NCBI GenBank assembly: GCA_965223325.1
Contig: CBDCWI010000002.1
Span: 896,001-960,000 of the forward strand
From: Candidatus Multivoradales bacterium
GTDB lineage: Bacteria > Acidobacteriota > Thermoanaerobaculia > Multivoradales > Multivoraceae
Direction: 5' to 3'
Length of the DNA stretch: 64,000 bases
This document shows positions 9,462 through 18,030 of the stretch, piece after piece (positions within the stretch are counted from its first letter, which is position 1; each line of letters begins with the position of its first letter). The notes beneath the pieces were generated by a model. It saw nothing but the letters and a program-made list of their open reading frames with translations. It searched no databases and was not told where the DNA came from. Both the position numbers and the translations under genes were made by a program.

Positions 9462-10372
9462 TACGAACCCGCTCTAAGGGAGGCGTCTTGCACCTCACGC
9501 TCGAGCTCTGTTCGCAAGACGTCCATGCGCGCCTGGTCGTCGTCGGGAACCTGCGGGTAGGTGGCGGCAAGTGAGCGGATCGAGCGCACCACGATGTCGG
9601 CAACCAGGGCCCGCATGGTGGGCTTGTGGTCGGCGGGAATGGCGTACCACGGTGCCCAGGGAACGGAAGTATGGCGGAGCGCGTCTTCGTAGGCTTCCAT
9701 ATAGGCATCCCAATGCTGCGCTTCCTCGAGGTCGCCCTCCGAGAACTTCCAGCGCTTCTCGGGTTCGACCAGCCGCGACAAGAAGCGTCGACGCTGTTCG
9801 CTTCGAGAAACGTTGAGAAAGAACTTGACGATCGCTGTGCCGTTGGCCGCCAGGTGGCGCTCGTGCGCCGCGATCGACCGCATGCGCTCGGCCCAGAAGT
9901 CCTCCTTGGCCTCCGGCATCACGACATGCGGCAGGCGCTGGCCAGCGACGATCTGCGGATGCACGCGCACCACCAACACTTCCTCGTAGTACGAGCGGTT
10001 GAAGACCCCGATCCGGCCGCGCTCGGGTACGCGCATCGAGGTACGCCACAAGAAGTCATGATCGATTTCACGAGCCGACGGTCGCTTGAACGCCATGACC
10101 TGGCAGCCGGCCGGATTCACGCCGCTCAGAAGACGTCTTATCGTTCCATCCTTACCTGCCGCATCCATGGCCTGAAAAATGAGCAGCACAGACCAACGAT
10201 CTTCCGCATAGAGCGCCTGCTGGAGCTCAGCGAGTTCGGCGACCGCGGCGCGAAGCATCTGCTTGGCGGCGCCCTTCGACGGAAACTCTCCAGGCGCTTC
10301 GGTCGGTTGCAGAGCGATCCGGAAGTCGCCGTCGGGCTCGACCAGGTAAGGGCTTGGGGCAGCTTCGAACAC
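9461..10372 (-). CDS. ppk2: polyphosphate kinase 2 family (class III-like)
   Basis: Walker A region FQAMDAAGKDG, DHDFLWR, FNRSYYEEVLVVRVH and APWYAIPADHK. Stop overlaps the galE start. Confidence 0.93.
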   Translation of the reverse strand: MFEAAPSPYLVEPDGDFRIALQPTEAPGEFPSKGAAKQMLRAAVAELAELQQALYAEDRWSVLLIFQAMDAAGKDGTIRRLLSGVNPAGCQVMAFKRPSAREIDHDFLWRTSMRVPERGRIGVFNRSYYEEVLVVRVHPQIVAGQRLPHVVMPEAKEDFWAERMRSIAAHERHLAANGTAIVKFFLNVSRSEQRRRFLSRLVEPEKRWKFSEGDLEEAQHWDAYMEAYEDALRHTSVPWAPWYAIPADHKPTMRALVADIVVRSIRSLAATYPQVPDDDQARMDVLRTELEREVQDASLRAGS

Positions 10373-10534
10373 AGCGATCTCCCTGGAGGGTCCTAGAGGG
10401 CTCGAGAAGGAAAGGGTCTCCCTACCGCCAGTCAGCAGAAGAGACCGTGCCCCGGATCATAGCTGCCGGCCAGCCGTGTTGCGTCTCTCCGGTAGGCAAG
10501 TCCCGCGAGGCTGAGACGGCTAGAGGGTGGGGCC

Positions 10535-12631
10535 TCAACCCGCCTTGTCGACGAGAATCTCGTCGTAGCGAGAGGCCTCACGGCGCAGCCAGGGTTCGAG
10601 GCGCATGAAGACATCGATGATGAAGGGATCGAACTGACGACCTCGCTCCTCGGCGAGGATCGACAGCACCCGGTCGAGATCGACTCCTGGACGGTACGGC
10701 CGCGGTGAGCACAAAGCGTCGAAGACATCGGCGACCGCAAAGATGCGCCCATGAAGAGACAGCTCGGCGGACGGACGGCCACTCGGATAGCCGCCACCGA
10801 CGTACCACTCGTGATGTTCGAGCACGATCGGAATCACTTCCGAGAAGGACTCGATGGGCTCGAGAATCCGTGCACCGAGCTCCGGGTGCATCTCCATGTG
10901 GGCGCGTTCTTTGCCCGTGAGCTTGCCGGGCTTATCGAGAATAGAGAGCGGGATCCCGATCTTGCCGATGTCGTGCAACAAGCCGCCGCGATACAAAATG
11001 TCGAGCTCAGCCTCGGGCAGACCAAGAGTGGCGCCGATCCTCAGGCCGAGATCGGCAACCCGCTCGGAGTGACCCATCGTCCACGCCGACTTTGCATCGA
11101 CCGCACGCGCCATCGCCCGCAGGGTGCCGCGCGAAAGGCTCTCGAGCTCGCCCACCAGACGCAGGTTGGCGAACGCAACGCCCACCTGACCCACTACCTG
11201 TCGCAGGCGCCGACCGTTCTCGGCCCCGAGCGTCCAGGAGGGCTCACCGCCGACCGTCACCACACCGCGCACCGCACCGGAGCTCAGAATGGGGAGGGCG
11301 TAGGCGGGACCTGCCGGAAGCCCTCCGCTCTCTACCCAGCTCGGAACTCCCTCGAGCGCCCCCGCTTCATCGGCAATGCAACGCTCGACTTCGGCGCCCG
11401 GCATCGTGCAGAGACCGACCGAGGTCTCGCGATCCAAACCACCGATCCACTGCAGGCCCCGTCGATCGTTCTGGTCGCCGAGCAGAGCGATCGAAGCCCA
11501 ACGCCCTCCCGAGATCTTGCACAGTCCAGACATTGCGGACTCGATCAATGCATCGGGCTCGTTCAACGACAGGGCAACCTGCCCGAGCTGTTCGACAGCC
11601 GTCATGGTCTCGAACTGACTGGCGAGGTTGCCCGCCATGTCATTGAACGAGGCGGCGAGGTCTCCGAACTCATCGCCGGCCGGGACGACCACCGGCGTAT
11701 CGAAGTCGCGCTTGGCGATCCTGCGAGTGCCCGCCGCCAGCTGCTCGACCGGCTGTAGGCCGCGATGAATGAGACTCGAGCTACCGAGCATCGAGGCCAG
11801 GGCAGCGGAAACGATCAGGAGGAGGAACCAGGGCGTAAAGCTCTGCAAGGGAGCGAAGACCTCAGCGTAGGGCCGGCTGACAAAGATCCATAGGCCCGCT
11901 GCCCTGGCCGGCAAGGCCCAGGGACCTACCAGGTGCTCGCCCTTCGGGCTGTCGGCCGTGAAGGGCTGAAGACCTTTCAGGCCCACCGTGTCGACGACAC
12001 CGACGGGACTCGAACTGGCGATCACGCGGCCACCTTCCTGCCACCAGTGTTGTGCCTTCGCGACGTCTGTGCGGCGCGACCCCCACCACAGAAAGTCGCT
12101 GTCGACCTTCGCAGAGGCCACTCCAATCACGCCGTCAGCGTTCCAGGCGTGGCTGATGAGATAGAAGTCTCCCTCCACCAGCACCAGAACCGGCCTCGAG
12201 AGGCGCAGCGCTCGCTTTTGCGGCGGCGACAGGCGGTGGTTCTGTTGGCCGAGCTGGATCTCGTCATGACCGGTATCCGGCAGAAAAGCGAGAGCACTCA
12301 GTCGGTCGGTGTTGGCGCTCTCGATGAGCATTTGCGCTTCGACCGAAGTCAGATCCCGGGGAGTCGTCGCCGTCTCGGAGCGCAGAGGCGCCGCCGTTCG
12401 ATCGCGCAGGTCCTCGGCCAGGAGGTTCAGTCGCTCGAGAATCGCCATGCCCAGGTCACGCGCCTCAGCCGCCACCCGGTCGCCTCCCGTGCGATGAAGC
12501 TCCGCCCGCATCGAGAACCAGGTGACCCCACCCAGCACCACGAGCGGCAGAACGCCGCACAGCACAAACAGGGAGAACACGCGGCGCGCAACGCGGCTCT
12601 TGAAGAGGCGAGGATCAAAGCGCAGACTCAT
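10535..12631 (-). CDS. membrane HAMP + GAF-like + HD-GYP cyclic-dinucleotide phosphodiesterase
   Basis: Two TM helices flank a periplasmic domain. HAMP DEFGDLAASFNDMA, then HSERV, LLHDIGKIGIP, HHEWYVGGGYP and RIFAVADVFDAL..RPYR. Confidence 0.92.
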   Translation of the reverse strand: MSLRFDPRLFKSRVARRVFSLFVLCGVLPLVVLGGVTWFSMRAELHRTGGDRVAAEARDLGMAILERLNLLAEDLRDRTAAPLRSETATTPRDLTSVEAQMLIESANTDRLSALAFLPDTGHDEIQLGQQNHRLSPPQKRALRLSRPVLVLVEGDFYLISHAWNADGVIGVASAKVDSDFLWWGSRRTDVAKAQHWWQEGGRVIASSSPVGVVDTVGLKGLQPFTADSPKGEHLVGPWALPARAAGLWIFVSRPYAEVFAPLQSFTPWFLLLIVSAALASMLGSSSLIHRGLQPVEQLAAGTRRIAKRDFDTPVVVPAGDEFGDLAASFNDMAGNLASQFETMTAVEQLGQVALSLNEPDALIESAMSGLCKISGGRWASIALLGDQNDRRGLQWIGGLDRETSVGLCTMPGAEVERCIADEAGALEGVPSWVESGGLPAGPAYALPILSSGAVRGVVTVGGEPSWTLGAENGRRLRQVVGQVGVAFANLRLVGELESLSRGTLRAMARAVDAKSAWTMGHSERVADLGLRIGATLGLPEAELDILYRGGLLHDIGKIGIPLSILDKPGKLTGKERAHMEMHPELGARILEPIESFSEVIPIVLEHHEWYVGGGYPSGRPSAELSLHGRIFAVADVFDALCSPRPYRPGVDLDRVLSILAEERGRQFDPFIIDVFMRLEPWLRREASRYDEILVDKAG

Positions 12632-12738
12632 GGCAGCTGCCGGCGGCCGAGCTGAAAGGCCGGTCCCCGCGTTGCCGCCACGCAACGATCCACAGCGCGG
12701 TGGGATTCCATGACAACCGGCAGCTCAGGCGTCACGCC

Positions 12739-13242
12739 TTAGTTGGCGTAGTCTTTGGCCAGTCCCACAAAATCTCCATCGTGGGCGCGAATGATGTCAT
12801 CTGGTGCCTTGTGGACCTGCTTATGCGTGTCTCCGTCGCGACCGATGCTGTAGAGGTCGTAGTCGGTATTGATCGGTACCTCAGAAAGGTTGTGCCGCGC
12901 CTTGCCCTTGTAGCCGTTGTCCTTGAACGGGTAGTACTCGTAAGGCTGGCCCCAGGGGTCGCGGGGAATGATCGGCGACGGGAGGTCCTCGAGACTGTCG
13001 GGAATATCGGCCTTGGCATCCATGTACAGGCTGATGTCGCGCTCGATGAGTCTGATGTCGGTGATCGCGCGCCGGACTTTGGTCTCGTGGAGGTAGCTCA
13101 AGAAGGTCGGAATCAACATCGCTGCCAGAACCCCCAGTAGCGCCACCGCAATCAGGAGTTCGAGCAGGGTGAATCCAGACGCGTCCTCGAGCACTCGTCG
13201 TAGCCGACGCAGCCGTTCGCTCATCATGCGACTGCCGTTCAT
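12739..13242 (-). CDS. prepilin-type (GspG-like) protein
   Basis: Class III signal G|FTLLELLIAVALLGVLAAM, plus GspG-like DPWGQPYEY and YDLYSIGRDG. Confidence 0.9.
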   Translation of the reverse strand: MNGSRMMSERLRRLRRVLEDASGFTLLELLIAVALLGVLAAMLIPTFLSYLHETKVRRAITDIRLIERDISLYMDAKADIPDSLEDLPSPIIPRDPWGQPYEYYPFKDNGYKGKARHNLSEVPINTDYDLYSIGRDGDTHKQVHKAPDDIIRAHDGDFVGLAKDYAN

Positions 13243-13748
13243 GGGAAGGGATCCCCGAAGCCGTCGTCGTCTTGCGGATTCTCTTCGCCGTCAGGGTCGT
13301 AGCCCGGGCGCGACGTCATCGAACCGCTGTTCAGAGATTGCTCGATGGCCAGACGCTGCTCCGCACGCTCGGCAGCGAGGACATCAGGTCGCAACCAGCG
13401 CGTCCCGCCGAACGCCAGCAGGGCCTCGCTCTTGACTCGGTAGCGCACGGAGAAGCTTGCCTCGACGTCGTCGTCGGTGAAGTTGATCTGGTAGCGCGTG
13501 ATGCCTTGTTCGGGCACCAGGAGGACTTCATCGACCCAGTAGGTGTGGACCTTGCCCGGACCGTTGATGACGGTGAACCGATCGAGCGAGAACTCGATGG
13601 AGTGCCCGTCATAGGGCCCGTCGCCGCTCTCCCAGGTTCCCAGGAGCTCGTCGGGAATCAGGTCGATGGAATCGGGTCGCTCCGCAAAGAGCTGCGGCAT
13701 TCCGACCAGGGCGACGGCAACTGCGAGGATGATGATGGTGAGTCGCAT
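13239..13748 (-). CDS. hypothetical secreted protein
   Basis: Signal peptide MRLTIIILAVAVALVG, an ELLGTW motif, a beta-rich core and an acidic tail. ATGA overlap with the pilin gene. Confidence 0.7.
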   Translation of the reverse strand: MRLTIIILAVAVALVGMPQLFAERPDSIDLIPDELLGTWESGDGPYDGHSIEFSLDRFTVINGPGKVHTYWVDEVLLVPEQGITRYQINFTDDDVEASFSVRYRVKSEALLAFGGTRWLRPDVLAAERAEQRLAIEQSLNSGSMTSRPGYDPDGEENPQDDDGFGDPFP

Positions 13749-13828
13749 GTTTGGGTGGAGTGCGTGTGAGGTTTGGTTGCGTGAACGGAGGCAGGGCACG
13801 ACCGGACAAAATCGGTCGTTCCTACTGA

Positions 13829-13860
13829 ATTATAATTAAAACAGTTTTACTTGTAAAACT
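13829..13860 (-). promoter_or_regulatory. sigma70 promoter (TTTACA-17-TATAAT) overlapped by an 8-bp inverted repeat
   Basis: On the minus strand, -35 TTTACA is at 13857-13852, a 17-bp spacer follows, and -10 TATAAT is at 13834-13829. AGTTTTAC-TT-GTAAAACT lies at 13843-13860, within an AT-rich island in GC-rich DNA. Confidence 0.75.
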
Positions 13861-13980
13861 ACACCAGCACCCGGCTCCGCTGCAGAGCGGCAGAGGGGCT
13901 CAAACGACCGCCAACACGGTCCTTCCGCCTCCCGCGTGACAGCTCGAGCCCCGGTTCTGCGGTTCGGCGGTTCGGCTCGC

Positions 13981-15474
13981 TCAGCTGTAGGGGCTGACGA
14001 TGGCCAGCCAGGCGAGCACCACGAGGCACACGAGGTAGAGCTTGAAGAGCAGCGGCACGATGAAGCGCACCCATTGCTGGTAGGGGATCTTCGCCAGCAG
14101 CAGCATGCCCATCAAAAGCGCATTGGTGGGGACCAACATGTTGGTCAGACCATCCCCGAACTGATACGCAAAGACCGCGGTCTCGGCACCGAGGCCGGTC
14201 ACCTCGGCGAGCGGCGACATGATCGGCATGGTGACGTAGGCCTGGCCACTGCCCGACGGAATCAAGAAGTTACACACGCTTTGCACGACCAGCATTCCCC
14301 AGGCGCCGACCACCGAAGCGACGCCGGACCCGAGACCCTCGACCGACTGCAACGCGCTGGCGCAGGCGTGAATGATGGTGTGAATGACCTCGGCCTCTTC
14401 GAGCACCACTCCGATGGTGCGCGCGAAACCGATCAGAATCGCGGTACCCGAGAGCCCCGCCGCCCCTTCGATGAAAGCCCGGGCACCCTGGTTGGGTGAG
14501 ATGCGCGCCACTGCCATCGCCAACAGGGCCAGGGCCAGAAAGAGCGCCGCCAGCTCGACCATGAACCAGCCGTACTGTTTGGCACCGTAGACAAAGACGA
14601 GCAGCATGGCGACGAAGGCCACCAGAACCGCAACACGGGCCGACGTCAAACGAACGTCGTCGGGCATCGAGTAGCCCTCTGAGTAGTCGATGCCAGCCAC
14701 CAGGCTCTTCGTTGGATCGTCGCGCACTCGTTTGGCGTAGCGCATGACGTGGTGTACTCCGATCGCCAACATCACAACCAACAACCCCCAACGCAACCCA
14801 GCACCGACGAGCAGGGGCTGGTCGGCGATCTGTTTGGCGATCGCCACGGTGAAGGGGTTCATCGCCGCGCAGCCGTAACCAACTCCAGCGCCAACGTAGA
14901 CGATACCCATCGCAACCACCGCATCCATCCCCATCGCCAGACACATCGCGACCAGAATGGGAATGAAGGGCATGTACTCCTCGGCCATGCCGATCGTCGA
15001 ACTGCCGACGGCGAACAAAGCCGTCATGCCGGCGACCAGGAGCACCGGGCGCGAGCCCAGGGTGTTGATCGCAGAGCCAATCAACGCATCGATTGCGCCG
15101 GTCTTCTTGATCACTTCGATCACCCCACCGACGATCAGAACGAAGAAGATCACGTCGGCCGCCGCCTCGAGCCCCTTGGGAACCAGCGTCAGGGCAGCGT
15201 GCCAGGGCAACCTCTCAGCCGAGGTGCGATGGTAGCTCCCCGGGATCACCTCGCGACCCGGACGCTCGATCGTCGCACCCACAGGAAGAGTGAGTTCTTG
15301 ACCTTCGAGCCCCGGGACGACTTCGCCGGCCGGAACCGTCACCTCGAGCGGCGCTTCAATCTCCTCGGCCACGGGAGCGAAATCGTAGGCACCGGTCGGT
15401 ATGACGTAGGTCATCACCTGCGCAATGACGATCATCAAAAAGAGCAGCACCAGGGCGTCGGGAAAGCGTTTCAT
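13981..15474 (-). CDS. yfcC: YfcC / C4-dicarboxylate anaerobic carrier family transporter
   Basis: Multi-TM protein with NPFTVAIA, NFLIPSGSGQA, TMPIMSPL and AYQFGDGLTN motifs. Confidence 0.88.
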   Translation of the reverse strand: MKRFPDALVLLFLMIVIAQVMTYVIPTGAYDFAPVAEEIEAPLEVTVPAGEVVPGLEGQELTLPVGATIERPGREVIPGSYHRTSAERLPWHAALTLVPKGLEAAADVIFFVLIVGGVIEVIKKTGAIDALIGSAINTLGSRPVLLVAGMTALFAVGSSTIGMAEEYMPFIPILVAMCLAMGMDAVVAMGIVYVGAGVGYGCAAMNPFTVAIAKQIADQPLLVGAGLRWGLLVVMLAIGVHHVMRYAKRVRDDPTKSLVAGIDYSEGYSMPDDVRLTSARVAVLVAFVAMLLVFVYGAKQYGWFMVELAALFLALALLAMAVARISPNQGARAFIEGAAGLSGTAILIGFARTIGVVLEEAEVIHTIIHACASALQSVEGLGSGVASVVGAWGMLVVQSVCNFLIPSGSGQAYVTMPIMSPLAEVTGLGAETAVFAYQFGDGLTNMLVPTNALLMGMLLLAKIPYQQWVRFIVPLLFKLYLVCLVVLAWLAIVSPYS

Positions 15475-17951
15475 GGGTTGTCCTGACGGAGAGTCGGAGC
15501 GTTGGTAGGAGCGGCGGTGAGGAGATCCTGGCTGCGTTCTGCTTCGGATTGCCAGACCGAGGTTAGACCAGCCGCTTCGACGCCGCGCGAATCAGACAGC
15601 AACTCGAGCGCCCGTCGTGGGCGACCGAACTGGCGCGCTACCTGTGCCGCCTGCAAACGAGCGGCTGGTGCACTGGACGGACCGACGTTCTGGTAGAGCG
15701 CGAGCACTCGATCGTCACCCGGAACCGGCTCAACCGCAAGCTCGTTGCTGGAGGCCCAGATCTGTTGCCCCGCTGTCGGCTGGTCATTGAAGCAGAGCGC
15801 CAATCGAGCGCGAGCACGACGGAGAGCCGGCAGGGCATCGGTAACGCGCACCAGCAGCTCCTGGCCGCGCCGGCGAGTCTCTTCGTCGCCGAGGGGTCCA
15901 TCCGCCAGCTGGCATAGCGCCGTTCCGAGAACCAGATCGGCGCTCGCGCGATCGAACAGCCGATAGAGCTCCGCTTCGCGACCGGCGTCGCCGGTTGCTG
16001 CCAGGAGACCGAGTACATAGGGCTCACCGGGCGACGCGGTCAACGCCTCGCGGAGCTTCGCTTCGGCCCCGCTCCGGTCTCCGGCCAAAAGAGCAAGACG
16101 CGCCAGCCACACCGCCGGCTGAGAGCTCAGCCGCGCACCGCGACTGAACTCGAACGACGAGCCCTCAAGCTCTTCGAAGAACGCCCGGGCCTCTGGTCCG
16201 CGACCACTGAGTGCCGCGAGGACCGCGCGATCGAAGCGGCGTGACGGATCGCGCAGATCGAACGGCCCGACCGCGAGCGCCGCGGCAGCGAGACTGCCGT
16301 CAGAGACGGGCACGCCGGCAGGCCGCACCTGGTCGACCAGGGCGGGAGCGATGTGCGCGGCCAGCACGGTCTCGAGGCTGGCGGCTTGGGTTTCTCCGGC
16401 ATCACGGTGGAACTGTGCCAGTCGCGAGCGCGTCGAGGCCGCATGCCCCGCCCGCACGCTCCACTCCGCGTCGGCGAGCCGAGCATCGACCGGCCACAGG
16501 GCGAGGGTCACGACGACGATCGCGATGAGCGCCAGCCACCGCCGCCGTCGGTCGGCCCGCGCCAGCTGCTGCCAACCGAGAGCCGCCAGTAGAACGACGA
16601 GGGGCAGGAGCGTCAGGCGTTGGCGTTCGGAGACGTAGAAGGCGAGCATTGCGGCGACCTGAACCGCCGCTAGAAGGAGAATCAGAAACCACGAGCGCCA
16701 CCTTTGAAGCGCGGTGGGCAAACCAACGGCCGCCGAGACAATCAAGAACGGGATCGGCAGCAGAGGAAACGGCAGGGCGCGCTCTCGAATCTCGGCCTCG
16801 TAGACGTCGTGAAACGCCAGTCGACGAGCGATGGCGGCTGCCTTATACAGCTCGATGCGCAACCAGCGGAGCGGATGCTCGCGCACAAAGGCCAGGCCCT
16901 TCTGGCGCCAGAACCGATTGACCTCCGACACCGTGAGGGCCTCGCCCGCGGTTGCACGGGCAATGGCGCGGTAACTGACGTGTGGATGATCGACGGTCGC
17001 CCCCAGGGCCGGGTCGAGCAGCTCGCTCTCGATCTCCTCCACCGCCAGCGGGTACGAGCCACTTCGCCCCCACGACACCGGGTTGTTGCCCTCGTAGAAG
17101 ACGGTCCCTGGGTTCATCACCGTCGGCGTCCACTCGCCGATCGCGCGCTGATTGCGCACCGTCAGAGCCGCCAGCAGGAGCACTGGGGCCAAAAGAAAAA
17201 GACCGGTGTGCACGACTCCCCAGCCGACCGGACGGATGCTGCGCGAATCGACTCCGCTAAAGACGTCGCCTTCGCCGGCGCGTTCATGACCAACCTTCTG
17301 CCGTTCTCCAAGAACGAGCCACAGGGGCACGAACACCAGGGCCGGCAGGAGGGTCGGGCGGGTCGCGATCGCTGTGGCACACAGCACCCCGGCAGCGAGT
17401 GCCCACCAGCCGCTGGCGCGTGCGGTGGCCACCGCCTGCTCGACAGTCACCAGGAGCGCCACTACCAGGAAAACCATGACCGCCTCGGGTTCGAGAATCG
17501 GCGCGTAGATGACGACTCCCGGTGACAACAGAAACGCCAGCACTCCGCACCAGGCGATCCACCACCGTCGGAACCGTCGTCTGAGCAGCCACCAGAGTCC
17601 CGCTGCCGCCAGCGCAACGAGGATCGTTTGCAACCACTCGACGGCCAGGGCGCGCTGGCTCGCATCTTCGGGTTCGGCCGTCAGCACCAGCCGATGGAGC
17701 GCCAGGTAGGCCGGACTGAAATCGACCAGGCGCTCGGCGGGCATCGAACCGGCGGCGAACTCCAGGGCGGCGGTGCTGTACTTGGAGAACGGTTCAATGC
17801 GCGTCGGCAGACCGGTCAGAGAGTCGAGGCGTGGCGCCTCGGTGACCCGGTCGAGGGTGCGCAACCAGAGAGTGCTCACCAGGGCGATGGCGAGCATCGC
17901 GAGTCCCCGGACAACGCGGTCGCGGGTTCTCGGTTCCACGGGCACACTCAT
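15471..17951 (-). CDS. GT-C fold (ArnT/PMT-like) membrane glycosyltransferase with C-terminal TPR-like helices
   Basis: Multi-TM N-half with FSPAY, AIATRPT and NPGTVFYEGNNP, followed by Ala/Leu-rich helical repeats. ATGA overlap with yfcC. Confidence 0.7.
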   Translation of the reverse strand: MSVPVEPRTRDRVVRGLAMLAIALVSTLWLRTLDRVTEAPRLDSLTGLPTRIEPFSKYSTAALEFAAGSMPAERLVDFSPAYLALHRLVLTAEPEDASQRALAVEWLQTILVALAAAGLWWLLRRRFRRWWIAWCGVLAFLLSPGVVIYAPILEPEAVMVFLVVALLVTVEQAVATARASGWWALAAGVLCATAIATRPTLLPALVFVPLWLVLGERQKVGHERAGEGDVFSGVDSRSIRPVGWGVVHTGLFLLAPVLLLAALTVRNQRAIGEWTPTVMNPGTVFYEGNNPVSWGRSGSYPLAVEEIESELLDPALGATVDHPHVSYRAIARATAGEALTVSEVNRFWRQKGLAFVREHPLRWLRIELYKAAAIARRLAFHDVYEAEIRERALPFPLLPIPFLIVSAAVGLPTALQRWRSWFLILLLAAVQVAAMLAFYVSERQRLTLLPLVVLLAALGWQQLARADRRRRWLALIAIVVVTLALWPVDARLADAEWSVRAGHAASTRSRLAQFHRDAGETQAASLETVLAAHIAPALVDQVRPAGVPVSDGSLAAAALAVGPFDLRDPSRRFDRAVLAALSGRGPEARAFFEELEGSSFEFSRGARLSSQPAVWLARLALLAGDRSGAEAKLREALTASPGEPYVLGLLAATGDAGREAELYRLFDRASADLVLGTALCQLADGPLGDEETRRRGQELLVRVTDALPALRRARARLALCFNDQPTAGQQIWASSNELAVEPVPGDDRVLALYQNVGPSSAPAARLQAAQVARQFGRPRRALELLSDSRGVEAAGLTSVWQSEAERSQDLLTAAPTNAPTLRQDNP

Positions 17952-18030
17952 CGGCCACACTCTACTTGGAGATGCGCGAATCGACCGACCGCGCGCCGGC
18001 TGCGCCCCCCGAGGCCGGTACACTGCGCGC

